Origin: Candidatus Faeciplasma gallinarum
Lineage (GTDB): Bacteria; Bacillota; Clostridia; Oscillospirales; Ruminococcaceae
Reading direction: 5' to 3'
NCBI GenBank assembly: GCA_018711085.1
Contig: DVIR01000060.1
Span: forward strand, 7-64,006
DNA: 64,000 nt
A model generated the notes under the pieces. The model did no database searches, was not told the origin of the DNA, and was given only the letters and a program-made list of their open reading frames with translations. The position numbers and the translations under genes were made by a program. How positions within the stretch are numbered: position 1 is the first letter of the stretch; every line of letters starts with the position of its first letter. This document shows, piece by piece, positions 46,501 through 55,533 of the stretch.

Positions 46501-49500
46501 CGCCCTCAAAAACAGCTTGTTAAAGGCAGGATGCGCACTTTCCGCACCGTCAGACGCCAAAGAAGGCTCTATATATGCAAAAAGCTTTGCGCTCAGCTGC
46601 TCCGACGACGTGTTTTCAAGTGCGAAAGTCCTTATCTCGCACGGCATGCTCTCATGCAGCCCCACTTTCATGCCTGCGCTCAGCGCTCCGACATTCTTAT
46701 AGTAAGCCGCATAGCCGTTGGCGAACTCGCAGGAAAATCCCTTCGCGTCTGCCGAGGGGTCGGGAAGCCTGCAAAGCGACGAGGCGGTTTTGCCGTCGCT
46801 TATGCCGAAGAACGCACCTTTCGGGCGGAGTATTCGGTCTTTGGTCTTAGAATAGAGGTTTCTTTGACGGTACATAGCGCAGCTTATGCCGCTGTCGGTC
46901 AGGACAAGGGTATACTCGCCGTTTGTCAAAAGCCTTGCGTGCGGATTTGAAACTGATATGCACTCGTAACACTCCGGTTCGCTCTTTACAGGCTCGCCGC
47001 GCGTGTCCTTAGGCTTAATGAGCATGTTCTCGCAGATGTTTGCATCAAGCCGCGGGCGCTCCTGAATAAGCTCGTCCGCACCCAAAACATTTACGTCCCT
47101 TGAAAACCTCTTTCTGAAAATACCGTCCTCCAAAAGATTCACCGCCGCAAGCATGCTCATCCCGACGTGGTGAGACATATAGCTCTTGACCACGGCGGGT
47201 TCGGACGATTTAGAACCGGGCGGCGTAAAATCAAGCGCCTCGTAAAATCCGTACCTTGAGTACATGCCGTATTTTTTGAGCGTTTTAAGGTTTTGCATGC
47301 CCTGCTGCGGCGCAAGCTCCATCGAAATATATGTGGAGTAGGGCGAAACCACATAGTCAGACTCCAGCCCGCGCTTTACGCCTGTGCCCGGGACGCCGTG
47401 AGCCAAATATCTGTACGAAAGGGAGCTGTCAAAGCTGTAGTAGCCGCTTTCGGATATTCCGTAGGGGCGGTGCATGCTTTCGGCATAGCTTATCTGCCGC
47501 CTGAGCGCATACTTTAGACTTTCCCTTTGCAGCGAGCCGTCCGGACTTTCAAGGAATATGCATGGCATAAAATACTCAAACATTGTTCCGGAGTATGACG
47601 CCGCCCCGCTGTATGCGCCGCTTGATAGCATGGTTCTTGACAGCCTGTACCAATGCGACTTCGGAACCTGCCTTGATGCTACGGCGTAGTAAGAGCCGAG
47701 CCTTGCCTCGCTCATGAGAAAGTCGTACTTTGCCTTGTCGGGCGTGCCCGATGCGGGGTTTATACCTATGCTCATCAGCCCGCGCACGCTGTCGTAAAAG
47801 ATCCCGAGGTCTGTTTCGGCTATGATTTTCTCTATGCGCCTGATCTGTTTTAAAAGCTCCGGGCAGCGGGTCAGGTACTCTTTAAGGCCCTCCTTCAGCG
47901 CGACAAGGGAGCAGACAAAGTTTGCGCTGTCCACGCTTGAGACGTACGGCGCGGGGCAGACCTCAAGCGTCGAGGTGTTATACCAGTTGTAAAGGTTTCC
48001 GTGGTATTTTTCGAGTTTTTCTATGCTGCAAAGGGTGTAGGAAATTCTCTTTGAAAGATTGTGCACGCTTATGAGCCTGCGGTCGCATGCGGCGAGAGCG
48101 GAAAGCATGTACATGCCTATATTTGTCGGCGATGTCCGGTGGCATATGCGGTATACCGGAGCAAACTGAACATTGTCCACGGGCAGATAGTTGTCAGCCT
48201 CCGTGACGTAGTCGGCAAAGAACTTCCACATGCTTGCGACATGTCCGCTCAGCTCCCTTCGGTCTCTGTCCGAAAGGGATTTTAAAGGCGACGGGCTGTA
48301 TGCTGCGAATTTGCGGGAGATCAAAATCGGCATGGCGCAGAACACAAGTGCAAAGACCTTGCATACTGTGCTCATAGAGAACAGCAAAACCGCCGAGAGC
48401 ACTTCGGAAAAGAAGAAATATCTAAACGGGTCGGTTCCTGATTTGTCGGCGGCGGCGGATGTCGTCCACTCCAAAAGCTTTTTGCGGCTTATGAGCCTTA
48501 CGGCGCCGACGAAAACGGCTCTCGCCGACTTGACGGCAACCGCGGGAAGCATGACAAGCTGATAAACAAGCCTCTCAAGGCACTCCCCGCTTTCGTTCAA
48601 CAGGAAAGAAAAGTACCGCCTGTGCGAGGCGTTTTTGCGGAATGCTGCGCTCAAAAGCCCCCATATCTCCGAAAACAAATACATCACGACAGCCGCCGCA
48701 AGCAAAGTGTTATACGACCAGTACGCCCACGGGCAGACGAGCAGGCTGAAATAAAAGGCTGCAAACACCGCTGCAGGAGTCACGGCGCGCCTTATGTTGT
48801 CCAAAATCTTGAGCTTTGATATCCCGTCGAGCTTTTTGCAGAACAAAAACGGGATGTTTTGCACGTCTCCCCTTATCCAGCGGTCAAGGCGTTTGCAGTA
48901 ACTCACCGCATTTTTAGGAAAGCCCTCGTAAAACACGACGTCTGAGGCGTACGCCGAGTGCAAAAGCTCGCCCTCTATGATGTCGTGGGACAAAAGCCTC
49001 TCGTCGCAAAGAAATGAGGTGCAGCGTATCATAGCCTCGACGCTTATAAGTCCCTTGCCGCAGAAGCTGCCGCGTCCGAAAGCGTCCTGCCACACATCTG
49101 TTCCGTCCCCGTCATATCCCGAAAGCGAGCCTATTCCGCCCATTCCCCTTGCAAAACGTGTGGATATCGAGTCGCCGAGCCGCGTGACCATCCTCGGAGA
49201 TATCAGCGCGCAGCCGCTTATTACTCTGCCGTCCTTGATGACGGGCTTATTTGCAGGATGCAAGGCTATGCTCAAAAGCTCCCTTACAGAGTCCATCTGC
49301 GGCTCGGTGTCGCTGTCCACCGCGCATATATACTTTATCCCCACAAGCTCCTGCGCGCCCTCCGACACAAAGTAAAACTCCGAGTTTTTGGCATGCGTGC
49401 CCGCCATAAATCTGCAAAGTGAGATTATCGCGCCGCGCTTTCTCCCCGCGCCCATGTATTCGCCCTGGGTTTTTGAATAGCTCCGCTTTCTGAGCATGCA

Positions 49501-50700
49501 TACAAACCTGTTGTTTGATTTTATCTCGGGGCAGGAGTTTAAGCGCTTTACGGTTTCGTTCAGGCTTTCAACGACAGCCATATCGTCGGCAGTGACCTGC
49601 GAGCTGCTCGGGGCAAAGTCGCAAAGGGCAACCATCTTTATGTTGTCCTGAGGATTTGCGGCGTACAGGCGGTACAGTCTGTCGTAAAGCGCGTCCGCAT
49701 CGGCAGGCTCTCCTATGACGGCGGACATGACTACCGCGCAGGGCGTGTTTTCGACGGTATCGCAGCTCGGATCAAGCCTTGCAAGGCGTCTGTGGCGGCA
49801 CGCTCTGAGCAGGATTTTATCATAAACAGCCTTCACGGCGCATATTGCGGGAAGTATCAGCAGCACGCCCATCCACACGGCATCCGCCCACGCTGCTATG
49901 CCGAAAGCTATTGCTGCGCTCATAACAGTCACAACGGCTGCCGACAGAACAGCAAACGCCGCAGAATGCGCCTTTTGAGGCTTGTTCAGCTCAAGGGCGT
50001 TTATTATGCCTTCGCTGTCGCATGTTTTGACAAGGTGAGATGCAAGCTCCTGCGCGGAAACGCCCCGCAGGCTTGCCATGCGGTAAAGTCTTGTCCTGTA
50101 CGCATGCTTTGTGTTCAGATCGCTGTGCATGTACACCTCATCGTGCGCAAGCGCCCGACAGACGGGATTCAGCTCATCGTTTATCTTCACATCATCCAGC
50201 GATGACAGCCTTGAAAGTATGGTCACGGCGTGCCTCAGCTCTATATCCGGCTTTTTGCCCGACACGGCGGAGTACACCGCACCGACAAGACGCATGCACA
50301 CCGAATATTTCAGAGATTCAAGCGCCATGGCGTCGCAGTCTTTTTTAAGGCTCTTTATTTTAAGTATAAACTCATCGGCGTCGAGCGGCTCGTCACAGCC
50401 TATGGCAATGTCCGCAAGCTCAAAGCTGTCGCTCACGCTCATCAGCCTGTCATAGCCCAAAAGATAGTCGCAGCCGGCGGAAACGGTGTGATAGTTGTCC
50501 GCGAAAAACTCCTCGTCGGAGCAGCTGCATCCGTCGGAGCTGCTGCATCCGTCGGTGCAAATCCTGCGGTACACGGCGTCCATTTTTCTTTGCATGGCGC
50601 GCACCCTTTTGCGCAGCTTTCCCGCGGCGGTGTATTCGTCCGCATTTGTGACTGCCGCGCTGTTTGCGTCCAATATATCCATTACGTCCATAACATTCAC
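43522..50700 (-). CDS. Cyclic beta-1,2-glucan synthase-like multidomain protein (Cgs/ChvB/NdvB-type: GT84 + cyclization domain + GH94 phosphorylase-like)
   Basis: 2392-aa uninterrupted ORF. About 6 TM helices bracket a GT-A region (CAVDSDTE, LLSHDIIEGELL). Then an (alpha/alpha)6-type region (HRTSPTNIGMYMLS, YGISESGYY). C-terminal GH94-like blocks (GFRDQLQD, GTGDWNDG, NGGQYTHGAIW). Confidence 0.85.
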   Translation of the reverse strand: MNVMDVMDILDANSAAVTNADEYTAAGKLRKRVRAMQRKMDAVYRRICTDGCSSSDGCSCSDEEFFADNYHTVSAGCDYLLGYDRLMSVSDSFELADIAIGCDEPLDADEFILKIKSLKKDCDAMALESLKYSVCMRLVGAVYSAVSGKKPDIELRHAVTILSRLSSLDDVKINDELNPVCRALAHDEVYMHSDLNTKHAYRTRLYRMASLRGVSAQELASHLVKTCDSEGIINALELNKPQKAHSAAFAVLSAAVVTVMSAAIAFGIAAWADAVWMGVLLILPAICAVKAVYDKILLRACRHRRLARLDPSCDTVENTPCAVVMSAVIGEPADADALYDRLYRLYAANPQDNIKMVALCDFAPSSSQVTADDMAVVESLNETVKRLNSCPEIKSNNRFVCMLRKRSYSKTQGEYMGAGRKRGAIISLCRFMAGTHAKNSEFYFVSEGAQELVGIKYICAVDSDTEPQMDSVRELLSIALHPANKPVIKDGRVISGCALISPRMVTRLGDSISTRFARGMGGIGSLSGYDGDGTDVWQDAFGRGSFCGKGLISVEAMIRCTSFLCDERLLSHDIIEGELLHSAYASDVVFYEGFPKNAVSYCKRLDRWIRGDVQNIPFLFCKKLDGISKLKILDNIRRAVTPAAVFAAFYFSLLVCPWAYWSYNTLLAAAVVMYLFSEIWGLLSAAFRKNASHRRYFSFLLNESGECLERLVYQLVMLPAVAVKSARAVFVGAVRLISRKKLLEWTTSAAADKSGTDPFRYFFFSEVLSAVLLFSMSTVCKVFALVFCAMPILISRKFAAYSPSPLKSLSDRDRRELSGHVASMWKFFADYVTEADNYLPVDNVQFAPVYRICHRTSPTNIGMYMLSALAACDRRLISVHNLSKRISYTLCSIEKLEKYHGNLYNWYNTSTLEVCPAPYVSSVDSANFVCSLVALKEGLKEYLTRCPELLKQIRRIEKIIAETDLGIFYDSVRGLMSIGINPASGTPDKAKYDFLMSEARLGSYYAVASRQVPKSHWYRLSRTMLSSGAYSGAASYSGTMFEYFMPCIFLESPDGSLQRESLKYALRRQISYAESMHRPYGISESGYYSFDSSLSYRYLAHGVPGTGVKRGLESDYVVSPYSTYISMELAPQQGMQNLKTLKKYGMYSRYGFYEALDFTPPGSKSSEPAVVKSYMSHHVGMSMLAAVNLLEDGIFRKRFSRDVNVLGADELIQERPRLDANICENMLIKPKDTRGEPVKSEPECYECISVSNPHARLLTNGEYTLVLTDSGISCAMYRQRNLYSKTKDRILRPKGAFFGISDGKTASSLCRLPDPSADAKGFSCEFANGYAAYYKNVGALSAGMKVGLHESMPCEIRTFALENTSSEQLSAKLFAYIEPSLASDGAESAHPAFNKLFLRADYDAQLKLATVTRSDDFGVGTYMAVGFYEDVSMTVSLDREEVLHMPDGVCGLFDCADSIPQSYISEPDPCVFMKVSLNMPPKSETELHMFILAADSYDELIASACRLRGEQKIAMFSPKGMTQAQRFANRLLPAVLFKPESSEKRIKATLENKLPLRALWELSVSVDIPLILVELTERVAPNMLYTYLRAYSELVIAGIKVQLAVLYDDGGESAKYERKNFSMLVSAARDAGVEGMLYSPGGIIGVDVSEVRQELVTLLKAYACHISEEELSGEEPAERDNIVKVLSVEADKQSFERDVRCGGFRSDGAYVITERPPLPWCHVLSSQQFGILCSSGSMGFCYAFNSRELRLTPWDNDTSRDNIGQRLILAMPDGYYDIVSGACAAFSENKAEYFFKKGGASGSVELGVSQKGMCARISVKLRGCKGAKLCLLLEPCLDESRNRAYMILPQAADDRTLVLSNPASLVSGYMAVSCSRDCVFSTDRERVLSGRFDSCVSPASDPAAACICGIDDDEWSAEFYLSYALSKKAAAEMHRFYAPQKSSCEHELSVNGIGDMDVLVNHTLRYQALHARIMARTGFYQCSGAYGFRDQLQDAVGILLQNPSACLRQILLCCGAQFEEGDVLHWWHVLPQNNRRGIRTKISDDNLWLVYAVCEYVNKTGDASILDIKASYCAGIHLRSGQNECYGEVYKTANRESVYEHCKRAIDYRAGQTGEHGLMLIGTGDWNDGFSKLGEQGRGESVWLTEFYILVLRRFSKLCRFKDGEYCSLLDKYADELEKSITAHGRAQDWYLRAYADDGTPIGAPSSDACRIDSISQSFAQFANLCDVEFTKHALKSAYDSLADPGRGVIKLFTPAFKPDSKPYAGYICAYPEGIRENGGQYTHGAIWLGMALLRAGLYDEGMSVLKSISPIEHSKSERYKAEPYYVCADVYANKNCFSRGGWSIYTGSAAWYYKAITEDILGIRMEAGKLSVKKTPFNRGVTIKYDGKTIT

Positions 50701-50819
50701 CCTTCTTTATTCTGCTTTTTAAAGCGGCTGTTTGATGGTTATTTAAGGATATTATTGACTCGCTTGCGGCAAAATATGTGTTCTCGCTAAATTGCCCCGC
50801 TAAAAATAAATATTGTGTA

Positions 50820-50848
50820 TTGCGCGCAGTGCTTTAACGTGGTATACT
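50820..50848 (+). promoter_or_regulatory. Candidate promoter for apgM
   Basis: TTGCGC, 17-nt spacer ending TGG (extended -10), then TATACT at 50843-50848. Confidence 0.45.
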
Positions 50849-50886
50849 ATAAAATACTTATTGAATGCTTGGAGGTGCAAACACCA

Positions 50887-52095
50887 ATGAAATACTTAGT
50901 AGTTCTCTGCGACGGAATGGCTGACTATCCCGTTGAAGAGTTAGGAAACAAAACGCCTATGCAGGCGGCGCACAAGCCCAACATGGATATGCTTGCAAAG
51001 GATTCGGAAGTCGGACTTGTAAAGACGGTTGCGGACGGATTAAAGCCGGGCAGCGACGTGGCAAACCTCTCGGTTTTGGGCTACGACCCCGCGGTATACT
51101 ATTCCGGAAGGTCTCCGCTTGAGGCAGGCTCCATAGGAATAGACATGGAGCCGACCGACGTGTCGTTTAGGTGCAACCTCGTGACGCTTTCCGACGAGGA
51201 AAACTTTGAGGACAAGACGATAATAGACTACTGCGCGGGAGACATATCCTCCGCCGAGGCAAAGCAGCTCATAGATTATCTCAAGGGCTACTTTGACAAC
51301 GACAGGTTCTGCCTGTACGCCGGAGTAAGCTACCGCCACTGCCTCATATGGCATAACGGCACGCTCGACGTCGGAACGCTCACCCCGCCGCACGACATAA
51401 CCGGCAAAAAGATTGCAAAGTACATCCCCACGGCGGAAAACGCGCGCCCGCTCCTTGAAATGATGAAAAAGAGCTGCGAGCTTTTAGCAAACCACCCCAT
51501 AAACATAGAGCGCGTCAAAAAGGGCTTAAATCCCGCAAACGCCGTCTGGTTCTGGGGAGAGGGCGTGAGAAAGCCGCTTGCGTCCTTTAAAGACAAGTTC
51601 GGGCTGAATGCGTCGATGATTTCGGCGGTAGACCTGTTGAAAGGCATTGGCAAATTCTCAGGAATGCATGTTGTGAATGTAGAAGGCGCGACCGGATATC
51701 TTGACACGAACTTTGAAGGAAAAGCGGAAGCCGCCGCCAAGGAGTTTGCTGCGGGAAGCGATTTTGTATACGTGCACATCGAAGCTCCCGACGAATGCGG
51801 ACACAGGCATGAGATACAAAACAAGGTCAAAGCGATAGAGCTTATAGATCAGAAGGTGCTCGCCCCGCTGATAGAAGCGCTTAAAGCTTACGGCGAGTAC
51901 AGGATAATGATACTTCCCGACCACCCCACCCCGCTTGCTCTCAGGACGCATACAAACGACCCTGTTCCTTACCTGATATATGACAGCCGAGTTCGCAAAA
52001 ACGGCGTCGATTGTTTCTGCGAGGAAACGGCAAAGCAAACAGGCATATACGTCCCGACAGGACACACGCTGATAGACAAATTTATAAAGGGATAA
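50887..52095 (+). CDS. apgM: Cofactor-independent phosphoglycerate mutase, archaeal/ApgM type
   Basis: N-terminus MKYLVVLCDGMADYP...GNKTPMQAAHKPNMDMLA and HIEAPDECGH metal site. GGAGGTG Shine-Dalgarno. Confidence 0.85.
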   Translation: MKYLVVLCDGMADYPVEELGNKTPMQAAHKPNMDMLAKDSEVGLVKTVADGLKPGSDVANLSVLGYDPAVYYSGRSPLEAGSIGIDMEPTDVSFRCNLVTLSDEENFEDKTIIDYCAGDISSAEAKQLIDYLKGYFDNDRFCLYAGVSYRHCLIWHNGTLDVGTLTPPHDITGKKIAKYIPTAENARPLLEMMKKSCELLANHPINIERVKKGLNPANAVWFWGEGVRKPLASFKDKFGLNASMISAVDLLKGIGKFSGMHVVNVEGATGYLDTNFEGKAEAAAKEFAAGSDFVYVHIEAPDECGHRHEIQNKVKAIELIDQKVLAPLIEALKAYGEYRIMILPDHPTPLALRTHTNDPVPYLIYDSRVRKNGVDCFCEETAKQTGIYVPTGHTLIDKFIKG

Positions 52096-52143
52096 AGAAA
52101 ACCGGCGCCCGCACTGTAATCTGCGGATGCCGGTTTTCTTTAT
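52096..52143. terminator. Bidirectional terminator between apgM and the flavodiiron gene
   Basis: Stem AAAACCGGC...GCCGGTTTT with an inner CCGCA/TGCGG stem, flanked by A- and T-runs. Confidence 0.8.
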
Positions 52144-52152
52144 TTTACTTTG

Positions 52153-53304
52153 TCACTTTGCAAGCGCCGACGCAAGCTCTTCAAGCTTGGCTGTCGATGC
52201 GGCGTTAAGTGCGGAACGTATGGTTACAACGGGTTCTTCAAGGGTCAGATCCTTGCAGCCCTCAAGCATCGCCTTGATGTTCTTGGCAGCCATAGGCGCC
52301 CAGGTGCCGTTTTCGATTATTCCGACGGTTCTGTTCTGATAATTTCTCTCGATGAGGTGATCTATATACTCCTTCATGCAGGGGAATATTCCGCCGTTGT
52401 AGGTTGTTGTTGCAAGAACAAGCTTTGAGTATCTGAATGCATCGGCAACAGCCGCAGCGGTGTCGCATCTTGCAAGGTCATATGCTGCAACCTTGCAGCC
52501 CTTTTTCTCAATGAGATCTTTAAGCTCATTGACCGCCTTTTCGGTGTTTCCGTAAACAGAGGAGTATGCTATCACCACACCGTCCTCCTCCGGAACATAG
52601 CTTGACCATGTGTTGTAAAGCTCTAAATACTTGCCAAGATCGTCCTTTAATACCGGTCCGTGAAGCGGGCAGATCATAGATATATCAAGCATGGACGCCT
52701 TCTTCAAGAGTGCCTGTGTCTGAGCGCCGAACTTGCCGACTATGCCGATATAATACCTTCTCGCCTCGTTTGTCCAGTCCTCGCTCACATCGAGTGCGCC
52801 GAACTTGCCGAACGCATCGGCGCTGAACAAGACCTTGTCGTGGGTGTCATAGCTGACTATTACCTCCGGCCAGTGAACGAGCGGAGCGGTGAAGAATTTA
52901 AGCGTGTGCGCGCCAAGCTCCAATGTGTCGCCCTCGCCTACTACAACGCGCCTGTCGGCATAATCGGTGCCGAAAAACTGCGACATCATGGTAAACGCCA
53001 TCTTTGACGCAACTATAACGGCGTTAGGATAGCGCTGCGCAAAGGCGTCGATATTTGCCGAGTGGTCAGGCTCCATGTGCGAAACAACAAGGTAATCGGG
53101 AGTCCTTCCGCCGAGCGTGTCCTCAAGATTTTTAAGCCACTGATCCTTAAATCTCGCATCGACGGTGTCGGTTACGGCTATCTTTTCATCCCTTATGACA
53201 TAGGAATTATAGGACATGCCGTTTGGCACCTTGTACTGTCCCTCAAAGAGGTCTATGTCGCGGTCGTTTACGCCGACATAAAAAATATCGTCTGTGATTC
53301 TCAT
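52153..53304 (-). CDS. Flavodiiron protein (FprA-type, metallo-beta-lactamase-like + flavodoxin domains)
   Basis: HMEPDHS di-iron ligand motif. C-terminal flavodoxin-like half (VVIAYSSVYGNTEK). Start set at the ATG at 53304 behind GAAAGGA. Confidence 0.85.
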   Translation of the reverse strand: MRITDDIFYVGVNDRDIDLFEGQYKVPNGMSYNSYVIRDEKIAVTDTVDARFKDQWLKNLEDTLGGRTPDYLVVSHMEPDHSANIDAFAQRYPNAVIVASKMAFTMMSQFFGTDYADRRVVVGEGDTLELGAHTLKFFTAPLVHWPEVIVSYDTHDKVLFSADAFGKFGALDVSEDWTNEARRYYIGIVGKFGAQTQALLKKASMLDISMICPLHGPVLKDDLGKYLELYNTWSSYVPEEDGVVIAYSSVYGNTEKAVNELKDLIEKKGCKVAAYDLARCDTAAAVADAFRYSKLVLATTTYNGGIFPCMKEYIDHLIERNYQNRTVGIIENGTWAPMAAKNIKAMLEGCKDLTLEEPVVTIRSALNAASTAKLEELASALAK

Positions 53305-53326
53305 ATTGAACATCCTTTCAAAGCTT

Positions 53327-54379
53327 TTAGTTTTGCCATATGTTTTGAGGCAGGGAGTTTAAAAACTCTATAAGCTCGTCTGCCATTTCTCGCTGTTCAG
53401 CATTTCTCGGGTGGCCGGGGGTCGCCTTTCCCGCGCGCTTGTACCTGAGGTGATAAACGCCGTTTTCCTCGCCTCCGAGGCGGTTTTTTATCTCCTCTAT
53501 CGCATCGTCCCAGCCGCTGTCATGCCCCATAAGTGTTAATGCAAGCACCACCGCCGCCTTGGGCGAGTGGGAACGCACAGAGTTGATTATCTGCATATAT
53601 CTTGTCTCCCACCTGTCGCGGTACTCGGGGTCGTATATCTTGTCATTTCCCACGCTGCTGTCGTTTTGACCGACTGCAAAAACTATTACGTGGGGAACAA
53701 ATCTTGAAAAGTCCCAGTTTGTGATTTTATCGCCTGAGCAATATCTTAACTTGTCATAGCACGATTCAAGCCCTTTTGTCGATGGCATTTCAAAATATCC
53801 CGTGCCGTCAAATATCGCTATTCCGCCCTGAGATGTGTTATACACCTGTGCGGGAAGCTCCCTTGCGCATATCATGGCATAAGTGTGCCACGAGTTATCC
53901 CTGCTGCCGTCGTTTTCGGCGGGATCGGGTTTGCCCGTGCAGTCGTCATAGTCAACAAGGTCGCCCGCGGTGACCGAATCGCCGTAAAACTCTATTTTCT
54001 TTTCGGGAAGCGGATCCGGCTCCAAAAGCTTTGCGCCGTCGTCCAAAATTATCTTTTCTACATCGAAATAATGCCCCGCCATCCGCTTATATATTATCGC
54101 CTCGTGCCTGTCATCGGCAAGGTTTGAAGCTATATGCACGGTCTGCTCGCCGTCTGCCAGCTCAATCTTTTTCTCCTCGCCGTCTATCACCGCGCCGATA
54201 TACTTGCCGTTCCAGAAGCGAAAGTTGTTGATCTTAACGCTCAGGCTTGTGCCGTCAAAGTAAAACTTCACGTAGCTGCCCGGCCAGACGAGCTTAATTC
54301 CGTTCTCGATGTCGGTATCTATTCTTCCGTAAAGCTGCAACATGCCGCCGCAGTTGCCGCAAACATTGATTTCATTCAT
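53327..54379 (-). CDS. SGNH/GDSL hydrolase with an N-terminal beta-sandwich (carbohydrate esterase CE2-like)
   Basis: GDS block (FYGDSVTAGD) and GQND block (AVGQNDSS), preceded by a roughly 130-aa N-terminal domain. No signal peptide seen. Confidence 0.65.
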   Translation of the reverse strand: MNEINVCGNCGGMLQLYGRIDTDIENGIKLVWPGSYVKFYFDGTSLSVKINNFRFWNGKYIGAVIDGEEKKIELADGEQTVHIASNLADDRHEAIIYKRMAGHYFDVEKIILDDGAKLLEPDPLPEKKIEFYGDSVTAGDLVDYDDCTGKPDPAENDGSRDNSWHTYAMICARELPAQVYNTSQGGIAIFDGTGYFEMPSTKGLESCYDKLRYCSGDKITNWDFSRFVPHVIVFAVGQNDSSVGNDKIYDPEYRDRWETRYMQIINSVRSHSPKAAVVLALTLMGHDSGWDDAIEEIKNRLGGEENGVYHLRYKRAGKATPGHPRNAEQREMADELIEFLNSLPQNIWQN

Positions 54380-54557
54380 ACGGCTGTTTCCCTTCACATT
54401 TTTTTTGCACGCTAAAAAGCCGTGAGCCTGATGCATCCTTAAATCTTATGGCTTTGCTCGCGGCGCTCCGCAACATGTAGTATACATTACCTTTTGAATC
54501 AAGTCAATACTGCCACCGACGCGGCGTCAAATAAAAGCGGCGCATATTCGCGTGCAG

Positions 54558-54592
54558 CACAAAAGCCCCTGCGATTTATCTTCGCAAGGGCT
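54558..54592 (-). terminator. Intrinsic terminator after the small lipoprotein gene
   Basis: Minus-strand hairpin AGCCCTTGCGA...TCGCAGGGGCT followed by TTTTGTG. Confidence 0.65.
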
Positions 54593-54617
54593 AAGGTGTG
54601 TATAGGTGTACAATTCT

Positions 54618-54917
54618 TTACTCGGCGGTGGTTTCACCTGTTCCCGACTCGTCAGGCAAGGATGCCTCGGTTGTAGGCACAGTCGGCTCTTCATCGGGGA
54701 CGTTTGTGGGAGTATGGGTGTTATCCGTACTGCTTGTATCGCTTCCGACTGAGTTATGAGTTGATGACGTCGTATTCTTAGTTGAATCGGTCGTATCCAT
54801 GGTGCGTTCCGTTACTCCGGTGGTATGCGACGGGTCATTCATGCTGTCCCCGTTACATCCCGAAAGCATGGCGGCGCTCATTACAATCGCCGCAAGAACA
54901 ATGAGAATTCTCTTCAT
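54618..54917 (-). CDS. Small Thr/Ser-rich lipoprotein
   Basis: 99 aa. Signal peptide with lipobox LSGC. GAAAGGA Shine-Dalgarno. The rest is low-complexity T/S/D/E-rich. Confidence 0.6.
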   Translation of the reverse strand: MKRILIVLAAIVMSAAMLSGCNGDSMNDPSHTTGVTERTMDTTDSTKNTTSSTHNSVGSDTSSTDNTHTPTNVPDEEPTVPTTEASLPDESGTGETTAE

Positions 54918-55090
54918 TTTTATTTTCCTTTCAGGTTTTCATATTGCAAAAATCCGATGCATGCGCCCGAGTTTTGAATATGAGGCACATTTTAAACATG
55001 CTGTTACATGACACTGCATGCTATCGCTATTATGCCGCAAGGAAAATAAAATATTCTTTTTATCCGATTGTTTGCTCTGTTTTTAGCTGT

Positions 55091-55516
55091 TTACACAGGT
55101 CTGACGTCAATTTTAAGGCTGTATTTTCCGACAAGCAGCGAGTTTACGTCTATTATGTACTCCGCAAGCACATGCGCGCCCTCGTCGGAATAGGATGCCT
55201 CCACCTTTTCGGCGCTGACGCCCATTGTCAGGCTTCCGAACGGAGTGTTGTAGTGGCAGTAGTTTTTCTTGTCAAGCTCCACCAAAAGCTCCGCCTCAGA
55301 GCTTCCGGTGCGTATCATTTTCAGCCATTTGCCGTCTATGACGTTTACGGTGGTGGTTGAACCGTCGTATCCGGTCGCCTCGGTTTCGTTATACCTGATC
55401 AAAAGGCTGCCGTCAAAGCTCACGATGACATACTGTCCTTCGGTTATTATTTCGGTGGTGTCTGTTTCCTCTCCGCTCGTTTGTATGCTCTTTATTGAAA
55501 TTATAGCGTCCCTCAT
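55091..55516 (-). CDS. DUF1934 (YwiB-like) beta-barrel protein
   Basis: 141 aa. Sequence pattern and length resemble the DUF1934 family. Start lies 17 nt downstream of murI. Confidence 0.65.
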   Translation of the reverse strand: MRDAIISIKSIQTSGEETDTTEIITEGQYVIVSFDGSLLIRYNETEATGYDGSTTTVNVIDGKWLKMIRTGSSEAELLVELDKKNYCHYNTPFGSLTMGVSAEKVEASYSDEGAHVLAEYIIDVNSLLVGKYSLKIDVRPV

Positions 55517-55533
55517 ATTTTCCCCACGCTCCG

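Noticed and set aside
46126-46950. 274-aa plus-strand ORF, along with many 60-190-aa ORFs, inside the glucan synthase gene.
   Set aside because: The 2392-aa minus-strand frame is uninterrupted and carries family motifs along its whole length. The antisense frames are Arg/His/Cys-rich with no signals.
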